64,000 nucleotides of DNA from Eledone cirrhosa (Eukaryota). Both the position numbers and the translations under genes were made by a program. A model generated the notes under the pieces. That model was not told the origin of the DNA and made no database searches. It saw nothing but the letters and a program-made list of their open reading frames with translations. Shown piece by piece: positions 53,985 through 64,000 of the stretch. Location of the stretch: NCBI GenBank assembly GCA_964016885.1, contig OZ024760.1, forward strand, positions 1,984,001-2,048,000, given 5' to 3'. How positions within the stretch are numbered: position 1 is the first letter of the stretch; the number at the start of each line of letters is the position of its first letter.

Positions 53985-56340
53985 CTATCTCTCTCACTCT
54001 CTCTATCTCTCTCACTCGATCACTCTCTCTATCTCTCTCTCTCTCTCTCTCTCGATCACTCTCTCTATCTCTCTCACTCTATCTCTCTCACTCGATCACT
54101 CTCTCTATCTCTCTCACTCTATCTCTCTCACTCGATCACTCTCTCTATCTCTCTCACTCGATCACTCTCTTTATCTCTCTCACTCGATCACTCTCTCTAT
54201 CTCTCTCACTCGATCACTCTCTCTATCTCTCTCACTTGATCACTCTCTCTATCTCTCTCTCTATCTCTCTCACTCGATCACTCTCTCTATCTCTCTCACT
54301 CGATCACTCTCTCTATCTCTCTCACTTGATCACTCTCTCTATCTCTCTCACTCGATCACTCTCTCTATCTCTCTCACTTGATCACTCTCTCTATCTCTCT
54401 CACTTGATCACTCTCTCTATCTCTCTCACTTGATCACTCTCTCTATCTCTCTCACTCGATCACTCTCTCTATCTCTCTTACTTGATCACTCTCTCTATCT
54501 CTCTCACTTGATCACTCTCTCTATCTCTCTCACTCGATCACTCTCTCTATCTCTCTCACTCGATCACTCTCTCTATCTTTCTCACTCGATCACTCTCTCT
54601 ATCTCTCTCACTTGATCACTCTCTCTATCTCTCTCACTCGATCACTCTCTCTATCTCTCTCACTCGATCACTCTCTCTATCTCTCTCACTCGATCACTCT
54701 CTCTATCTCTCTCACTCTATCACTCTCTCTATCTCTCTCACTCGATCACTCTCTCTATCTCTCTCACTTGATCACTCTCTCTATCTCTCTCACTTGATCA
54801 CTCTCTCTATCTCTCTCACTTGATCACTCTCTCTATCTCTCTCACTCGATCACTCTCTCTATCTCTCTTACTTGATCACTCTCTCTATCTCTCTTACTCG
54901 ATCACTCTCTCTATCTCTCTCACTCGATCACTCTCTCTATCTCTCTCACTCGATCACTCTCTCTATCTCTCTCACTCGATCACTCTCTCTATCTCTCTCA
55001 CTCTATCACTCTCTCTATCTCTCTCACTCTATCACTCTCTCTATCTCTCTCTCTATCTCTCTCACTCGATCACTCTCTCTATCTCTCTCACTCGATCACT
55101 CTCTCTATCTCTCTCACTCGATCACTCTCTCTATCTCTCTCACTCGATCACTCTCTCTATCTCTCTCACTCGATCACTCTCTCTATCTCTCTCACTTGAT
55201 CACTCTCTCTATCTCTCTCACTCGATCACTCTCTCTATCTCTCTCACTCGATCACTCTCTCTATCTCTCTCACTTGATCACTCTCTCTATCTCTCTCACT
55301 TGATCACTCTCTCTATCTCTCTCACTCGATCACTCTCTCTATCTCTCTCACTTGATCACTCTCTTTATCTCTCTCTGTCTCTCTCACTCGATCACTCTCT
55401 CTATCTCTCTCACTCGATCACTCTCTCTATCTCTCTCACGCGATCACTCTCTCTATCTCTCTCACTCGATCACTCTCTCTATCTCTCTCACTCGATCACT
55501 CTCTCTATCTCTCTCACTTGATCACTCTCTCTATCTCTCTCACTTGATCACTCTCTCTATCTCTCTCACTCGATCACTCTCTCAATCTCTCTCACTTGAT
55601 CACTCTCTTTATCTCTCTCTATTTCTCTCACTTGATCACTCTCTCTATCTCTCTCTATCTCTCTATCTCTCTCACTCGATCACTCTCTCTATCTCTCTCA
55701 CTTGATCACTCTCTCTATCTCTCTCACTCGATCACTCTCTCTATCTCTCTCACTTGATCACTCTCTCTATCTCTCTCACTCGATCACTCTCTCTATCTCT
55801 CTCACTCTCTCACTCTCTCTATCTCTCTCACGCGATCACTCTCTCTATCTCTCTCACTCGATCACTCTCTCTATCTCTCTCACTTGATCACTCTCTCTAT
55901 CTCTCTCACTCGATCACTCTCTCTATCTCTCTCACTCGATCACTCTCTCTATCTCTCTCACTTGATCACTCTCTTTATCTCTCTTTATTTCTCTCACTTG
56001 ATCACTCTCTCTATCTCTCTCTATCTCTCTATCTCTCTCACTCGATCACTCTCTCTATCTCTCTCACTTGATCACTCTCTCTATCTCTCTCACTCGATCA
56101 CTCTCTCTATCTCTCTCACTCGATCACTCTCTCTATCTCTCTCACTTGATCACTCTCTCTATCTCTCTCACTCGATCACTCTCTCTATCTCTCTCACTTG
56201 ATCACTCTCTCTATCTCTCTCATGCGATCACTCTCTCTCTCTCTCTCACTCACTCTCTCTATCTCTCTCACTTGATCACTCTCTCTATCTCTCTCATGTG
56301 ATCACTCTCTCTATCTCTCTCACTCTCTCTATCTCTCTCA
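53985..56340. repeat. 26-bp CT-rich minisatellite (~85 copies)
   Basis: Unit ct(c/t)gatcactctctctatctctctca. Confidence 0.95.
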
Positions 56341-56536
56341 CTCTGCCTCTCTCTTCCTCTCTATCTCTCTCTGTCTGTTTGTCTCCAGTTCTCTCTCTTT
56401 CTGCCTCTCTGTCGATCTCTTTTCTTTCTGTCTCTATCAGTCTCTCTCTCTCTGTCTCTCTCTCTTTCCCTCTCATTCTGTCTCTATCAGTCTCTCTCTC
56501 TGTCTCTCTCTCTCTCTCTCTGGCTGTCTCTATCAG

Positions 56537-56571
<35 letters not shown>

Positions 56572-56720
56572 GTCACTCTCATTCTGTCTCTATCAGTCTC
56601 TCTCTCTCTCTCTCTCTCTGTCACTCTCATTCTGTCTCTCGGTCTCTCTCTCTCTCTCACTCTCACTCTCCTTCTGTCTTTCTAGTTATCTCTCACACTC
56701 CCTCAGCAACCATGACTTCC

Positions 56721-56767
<47 letters not shown>

Positions 56768-56942
56768 TCTCTCTCTCCCTTGTTATGGCTTGTATATGTA
56801 CTGGGTAATTGCTGGCCTTGTGCCTAAAATAGAAACATTTATTATATTTTGTGTGTTTGTATTGATTTTTTGTTGATTGGTTTTGTGTTTGTACTTCTGA
56901 TTGGTTATTTAGAGAAACTTCCAATGTTAGAAATGGAGAAAT

Positions 56943-56973
<31 letters not shown>

Positions 56974-57019
56974 GTGCGTGTTATAAATATGTGTGTATGT
57001 GAATATTTATATATCATCA

Positions 57020-57349
57020 TTTCATCATTTCATTTTACGTCCGCTTTTTTCCTGCTTGCAAGGGTGGGACGGGAACTGATTCTGGCTTGATTTCTACAGC
57101 TGGATGCCCTTCCTAACACCAACCTCATTTACAGTGAGTGCTGGGTGCTTTTTTGCCGTGGCACCTCCACGACTACTTTGCAGTGGAATGATATGGACCC
57201 CAGTCCCTATCATCTCATTTCTACAGCTGAGTAAACTGGAGTAATGTGAAATAAAGTGTCTTGCTCAAGGAAACAACACATCACCCGGTCTGAGAATTGA
57301 ACTCACAACCTTTCGATTGCAAGGCCAATGCTCTAACCACTAAGCCATG
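57020..57349 (-). mobile_element. SINE family C
   Basis: Near-identical to the other copies. Confidence 0.85.
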
Positions 57350-57697
57350 TGCCTCCATATGTATACATATATACATATCTGGCCATATTCTCGGAATTCC
57401 TCCCCTCAACTCTCATTAAGCGTGAAACTAATAATATTTGTAACATTTACTCCTGTGTTTGTCTGTTTTTTGTTTTCATTTTTTTGTTTTCTGATATTCC
57501 GAACTATATATATAATATAAATATATATATATATATATATTAGGATTGGTGCTCTGAAATAGCGATATATACATGAATGTATGTATAGTATATTTAGCAT
57601 AATACAGTATGTTTAATTAAAAACATTTAGAAGACCATATGCTATCAGTTTTAAAGTATTGACTATGTCACTTCTTTTCGGTGAAAGAAGGGAGAGA

Positions 57698-57739
57698 AGC
57701 TAACAGTCTGTTTCATGCTGGTTGGGTATCATCAGAGCC
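57698..57739 (-). ncRNA. Hammerhead motif in the loop of a 130-bp inverted repeat
   Basis: Minus strand reads ggct-CTGATGA-tacccaaccagcat-GAAA-CAG-A-CTG-TT-agct. Stems I and III pair; stem II is weak. Confidence 0.55.
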
Positions 57740-58255
57740 ATGCACCCCCTGCTTCTCTCCCTTCTTTCGCCGAAAAGAAGTAAGTGACATAGTCACTGCT
57801 TTAAAACCGATAGCGTATGGTTTTTTAAATGTTTTTAATTAAACACGGTATATTGCCAAATATACTATACATACATTCATCTCTCTCTCTCTATATATAT
57901 ATATAGATCAGAGCAAACATCACGGACGTTCTATCTCAAAATTATTTTTGAAAAGCATTAGAAATGCGCAACCGGTAAAACTTAAAACCAAAACTTAATA
58001 CTAACCAATACTATTACTATTTATCACTTATTCCTAATTAAACTATTTTTCACTGTGAACAATTTGTCAGCATTTTCTATTCCGTTTACCAATATATATA
58101 TATATATATATATATATGACAAGTAAATATATTTTGAAACAGCGAGCGAGTTGGAAATTAGAAATACAAGCTTTGACCATATTTTTTTGGACTAAAGAAA
58201 TTTTAGCCTGATAGTGGAGATTAGAAACTTCTAAGAAATGGAAAAAGATGAGTAT

Positions 58256-58322
58256 TGACTTACATGGGAGTCGAACCCACATCTTTGGTTATCCAGACCA
58301 CTGTGCTACCATTACACCAATA
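58256..58322 (-). other. tRNA-like fragment (pseudo-tRNA or SINE head)
   Basis: Minus strand tggtgtaatggtagcac (A box/D arm) ... gtgggttcgactcccat (T arm/B box). The acceptor-stem 5' side is missing. Confidence 0.45.
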
Positions 58323-58475
58323 TACGTATATATATAATGTAGGAGGTGAGTTTTATTGTAGTACAATAAAGCAATGCAGATATCGGATAAGAAGCACTCT
58401 ACAGTTTGTAGAGTGATTGTTGGTTTAAAACTGCACTATTCACAAGTGTTTTTTAACCTTCATATCATGTCTTCC

Positions 58476-58545
58476 TATTTTATCTGATGAAAACACAAAT
58501 GTTATTGCATGATGATATTTGTTTTGAAATGCGCATAATAAAATA
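58476..58545 (+). ncRNA. Minimal type I hammerhead ribozyme with palindromic stem III
   Basis: tattttat-CTGATGA-aaacacaaatgttat...atgatatttgtttt-GAAA-TGCGCAT-A-ataaaata. Perfect 8-bp stem I, ATGCGCAT palindrome, predicted cut after 58537. Confidence 0.8.
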
Positions 58546-58660
58546 CATGGAACTCTTTTAACCATCTTTTGATCTTATATATATATATATATATATATAT
58601 AAACAATGAGTTATTTGGTTTGTTGACTAAGATATGTCACTATCTTTAAACCAAATATTG

Positions 58661-58721
58661 TATTTTATCTGACGAAAGCGTACTAAAATATTGGTACCCT
58701 TGAAATACGTATAATAGAATA
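58661..58721 (+). ncRNA. Minimal type I hammerhead ribozyme (family H2)
   Basis: tattttat-CTGACGA-aagcgtacta...tggtaccctt-GAAA-TACGTAT-A-atagaata. ATACGTAT palindrome, predicted cut after 58713. The downstream tail is homologous to 50435-50478. Confidence 0.8.
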
Positions 58722-58777
58722 AATATGGTTTTATAAAGATATTTTCCATTTATTAATATTATTGATATTATATATAT

Positions 58778-58956
58778 TTGGCAGTTTGGGTAGAGGGTAA
58801 GACGCCATGCTTTCTAGCATAGTTATGTCCCTTTATGATCTGAGTTCAAATCCCGCCGAGGTTAACTTTGCCTTTCATCCTTACGGGGTCGATAAAATAA
58901 AGTACCAGTAATGTACTGGATAATTGCTGGCCTTGTGCCAAAAAGTAGAAACAATT
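58778..58956 (+). mobile_element. SINE family A
   Basis: Family A match. Confidence 0.85.
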
Positions 58957-59313
58957 ATATATATATATATATTGGTATCGGTTATGATATTCACAGTTGT
59001 TGCAGACCTGTGGGAAATAAGGGGCTGGGGGGGGGGGGGAGGAGTAGAGATGTCACTACTATTATAGCAGCTGCTCTCACTACCACCACAACATCTACTG
59101 GTAGAAGATGGAGGGGGGGGGGGGGGAGAAGGGCTACCAACAATTTTTGTTACTTCCAATACTTCCACCAAAATTCTCAGGGTCATACAGGGACCGGTTG
59201 TCGAAGGAACATCACCACACATTCGGCCGGCCCCCTTCATCTTGAAAAGAAAATTTTTTTCGGGGAACTTATTGGATTTTTCCAAATTTAAATGTTTCTT
59301 AGGAACTTTCAAT

Positions 59314-59402
59314 GTTTATTTAAGGTTTTACCGTCTGAAGAGCTCAGGCTATCTTAACTGATAGTCCTCAGTGACATATGTATAACAGAGTTTTAAATAA
59401 AC
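59314..59402 (+). ncRNA. Degenerate hammerhead (GAAA mutated to GACA)
   Basis: gtttatttaaggttttaccgt-CTGAAGA-gctcaggctatc...gatagtcctcagt-GACA-TATGTAT-A-acagagttttaaataaac. Long stems I and II are retained. Confidence 0.55.
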
Positions 59403-59448
59403 CTGAATTAATTGAATAGGACCTCCGATATTTTATTAATATATAATC

Positions 59449-59772
59449 GCTTAGTGGTTAGAGCATTGGCCTTGCAATCGAAAGGTTGTGAGTTCAATTC
59501 TCAGACCGAGTGATGTGTTGTTTCCTTGAGCAAGACACTTTATTTCACATTGCTCCAGTTTACTCAGCTGTAGAAATGAGATGATAGGGACTGGGGTCCA
59601 TATCATTCCACTGCAAAGTGGTCGTGGAGGTGCCACAGCAAAAAAGCACCCAGCACTCACTGTAAATGAGGTTGGTGTTAGGAAGGGCATCCAGCTGTAG
59701 AAATCAAGCCAGCATCAGTTCCCGTCCCACCCTTGCAAGCAGGGAAAAGCGGACGTAAAATGAAATGATGAT
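59449..59772 (+). mobile_element. SINE family C
   Basis: Near-identical to the other copies. Confidence 0.85.
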
Positions 59773-60235
59773 ATAATGATCCATCTTGTACCATTTATAC
59801 AGGTCGTTGAGTGCTTCTTTTTATCTTCTTCACAGCCGACAGACCATGATGTGATCAGCACATCCCTGTACTGTTAACCCAATACTCTAAACATATATAT
59901 ATATATATAATCATCATCATCATCGTTTAACGTCCATCTTCCATGCTAGCATATATATGTATACATATATATATAGTATTAAGGGTACTATTTATGGTTA
60001 TGTATGCAATAAAACCTTTAATGGTAATATATTATATATACAAACCCTAAATAGTGAAAGATAGTCATTAATTACTATCCTATTACCAGTAAGATAAATA
60101 TTCCTCGGTTTGGAGGAAACAATTGTAAGCAAATAAATGACTTAAACTGAACTTTGATTATTGTAATCTCTATATACATATATATATATATTTATATATA
60201 AACGTTTGAATATGTATAATATTATATATATATAT

Positions 60236-60305
<70 letters not shown>

Positions 60306-60594
60306 ATATATATATATGTATACATATATGTATATATATATATATATATCATCATATATGTATATATATATATATACATCATCATCATCATCATCATCAT
60401 CATTTTATGTCTGCTTTTCCTGCTTGCAAGGGTTGGATATATATATATATACACATGTATATATGTGTGTGTATGTATATATATATATATATATATACAC
60501 ATGTATATATGTATGTGTATGTATATATATATATATTTCGTAAATTACTGAAATGATGTGGCTTATATATATATATATATATAGGAATATAGAT

Positions 60595-60634
<40 letters not shown>

Positions 60635-60643
60635 ATCTATATT

Positions 60644-60690
<47 letters not shown>

Positions 60691-60699
60691 ATCTATATT

Positions 60700-60766
<67 letters not shown>

Positions 60767-61162
60767 ATCTATATTCCTATATATATATATATATATAAGC
60801 CACATCATTTCAGTGATTTACGAAATGCTCCAACAATTTCATTAAATAACAACTCATCTAAGTTTACCATCTCGGCTTTCAACAACTTCACAGAATCAAA
60901 GAGGAATCTCAGTTGAGGTGGGTGTGGGGGAGGGGCTATATAGATGGGGAAGGGTCTGTAGGGGGTGGGGTGGAACAATGAACACAAAGAAAATATATGT
61001 TAAAAAATATAAAAAATAAACGAAACAAAGATAAATGAAACAACAGTTGTTAAGCCTGATGGAAAGGTGAGAAGTTGAGAAATAATAAGATCTAAGTTAT
61101 ACATCTTCAATATCATGGAGTGTGTGTATATACATGTATATATATATATGTGTATATATATA

Positions 61163-61193
<31 letters not shown>

Positions 61194-61199
61194 GTGTAT

Positions 61200-61252
<53 letters not shown>

Positions 61253-61621
61253 TATATATATACATATATATGTATGTATATATATATATATGCATATATA
61301 TATATACATATATATGTATATATATGTATATATATATATAGACATAATACATATATATATATATTTATATACACATGATAATTTCTTACAAATGAAAGTT
61401 TTATATATATATATATGCACACATATAATGCATATATACACATACATACACATACACATACACATACACATATATACATATACATACACATATATATACA
61501 TACATACACATATAATACATATATATACATACACATACACACATGATAATCTCTTACAAATGAAAGTTATATATATACATATATATATACATATATACAT
61601 ATATATATATATATATTAATT

Positions 61622-61674
<53 letters not shown>

Positions 61675-61974
61675 AATATACATACAGCTATATATATTCA
61701 TATAAATATGAAAGAAACTCTCCAAGAAGGTGTTCAATGACATTATAAAGTCTAGAAAAGCATGTAGTTACATATAATGATGTATAATGCAACATATAAT
61801 GCCATATTGTAATGTATAATAATGTAATATATAGCATGTAATGATATATACAACAACAACAATAGCAACCACCACCACCACCTCCACCAGCTCCACCACC
61901 ACCACCTTTAAACATCTCTGGTTCTATGATACAAAATTGTTTATTTTAAACGGTTTATATCTATCTAAAACCTT

Positions 61975-62349
61975 AGCGTTAGACACCGTGCTTTGCAGTA
62001 TAGAGTTATGGCCCTTTACGTTCAAAACCCTCTCATCTTTGTGAGGTCGATAAAACAAAGTACCAGTAATACACTGGGATAATTGCTGGCCTTGTGCCAA
62101 AAATAGAAACATTATTAAATGCAAGGGCAGTGGATTGGCCGTATCGGTAGAGCGCCGGACACAATGATTTGTGGCATAGAGTTACGGCCCTTTACGTTCT
62201 GAGTTCAAATCCAATCAAGGTTAGCTTTGTTTTTCATCCTTACAGGGTCAATAAAATAAAGTACCAGTAATATGCACTGGGGTCGATATAATCAACTTTT
62301 CCCTCCCTCCAAAATTGTTAGCTTTGTGTCTAACTCAGAAACCATTATT
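61975..62349 (+). mobile_element. Two tandem SINE family A copies
   Basis: 61975-62116 and 62130-62349. Confidence 0.82.
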
Positions 62350-63051
62350 AAGCTAGTATTTGGAACATAACTTAACAAAGAACTTTGTTAAGTTATGTTC
62401 CAAACACCAGCTTAATAATGACAAAGTTTATTATATCACTAAATCTTTCCCGAATGCTCATCATTCTTGAAACCAAAGGCAGTGTCTTTCATTTGTAATA
62501 TGGTAACAAAAGGGTTTATTATATTTGTTCTCTCTCTCTCTCTCTCTATCTATGTATCTCTCTCGCTCTTTGATTTTATCGATTCCAGAGCACCAATACA
62601 AATTTCTAATTGATGTTGGAGTGGTGGGGCCGGCAACCTTAAAATTCATAGCGAAAGTCCTTCAAAATGTTTTAAAATAAACACACTGTATATTGTTAAA
62701 TATACAATATATACCTTCATTTATATATCACTATTCCAGAGCACCAATACAAATTTTTAATTAATGCTTGGCCGGCAGCTGCTCTGTATGCAAATGAGTT
62801 TCAACAGCTCATAAACATAATTGGAATTCTATAAGAATCCAGTTTCAATAGCTTTCAGCAAATGCAAAGGGATGTGTAGTCTTGATAACCACTAAGAAAT
62901 GACAAATGTTGGCCATTGATTACCTCCCCTGCCTTTTCTGAAGCTAGGTATATGATGTTAGTCACTACCTTAAAATTCATAGCAAAGGGCCTTCAAAATG
63001 TTTTAAAATAAATATACAGTATATTGTTAACTATACAATATATATATATAT

Positions 63052-63096
<45 letters not shown>

Positions 63097-63118
63097 ATAT
63101 ATATATATATATATATAT

Positions 63119-63322
<204 letters not shown>

Positions 63323-63348
63323 TTGTATATATATATATATATATATAT

Positions 63349-63379
<31 letters not shown>

Positions 63380-63402
63380 TGTATATATATATATATATAT
63401 AT

Positions 63403-63440
<38 letters not shown>

Positions 63441-63478
63441 ATATATATATATATATTGTATATATATATATATTGTAT

Positions 63479-63522
<44 letters not shown>

Positions 63523-63548
63523 TAGATATGTATGTATGTATATATGTA

Positions 63549-63581
<33 letters not shown>

Positions 63582-64000
63582 CCCCTTTTCTCTCTCTATT
63601 TACTTCTTTATGTTGTCTTTTCCATTCACACAATCCCTCCTCTTCATTTTATTCTCCACCTCTTCCTTTCTCCTTACCACTCAACCAGCTCTTCTCTCTT
63701 CAATTTAACTCCTTAAGAATTTATTTATATGCCAAAGTGCAAAAAGAAAGGACTCCACCACCCCACCCTCACCACCCCACACCACCCCACCCCTCACCAC
63801 CCCACACCACCCCACCCCTCACCACGTTTCTTTCTCCAAGAAAATGAAAAATATTTGAAAAAAAAATGATAAATAAAATATTTGAAAAAAAATCAAAAAA
63901 ACCCACTAAAAAATATCATTAGAGTAAAACACACACAAGCAAAAGAAAACAAAAACAAAAACAAAATAATCCGGTAGTAATGTCTCGGATTACCATCCTC

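Noticed and set aside
58256-58322. Functional tRNA gene
   Set aside because: Acceptor stem incomplete and anticodon arm irregular; kept only as a tRNA-like fragment.

Overview
Eukaryotic, AT-rich, extremely microsatellite-dense animal DNA. The (TA)n/(CA)n/(ATC)n density and the SINE repertoire suggest an octopus or other coleoid cephalopod, which is an inference. Nearly all ORFs in the supplied track are translations of simple repeats. One real coding exon is recognisable: an otoferlin/ferlin C2C-domain exon on + (~31535-31719). Its 5' end is frameshifted and abuts a MITE-derived 52-bp tandem array, so most of the window is probably a very large intron. The rest is satellites (43-bp x ~195, 40-bp x ~30, 26-bp x ~85), tRNA-derived SINEs, a TTAA/piggyBac-type MITE and RTE/CRE retrotransposon fragments. 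The main hidden signal is about a dozen type I hammerhead-ribozyme motifs on both strands, from several sequence families. They include minimal forms with a palindromic stem III and a U3-A8 core variant with a GUC site. They lie in short non-coding modules that end in (TA)n tracts and often fold back as long inverted repeats. Several duplicated arms begin at or near the predicted self-cleavage site. This fits ribozyme-bearing, (TA)n-associated Penelope-like/retrozyme-type mobile RNA relics. Also present: an RTE insertion with a twin-priming (5'-inversion) signature and a CRE-type palindrome at the start of the 8.4-kb satellite. All structure calls were made by eye and need computational and biochemical confirmation.
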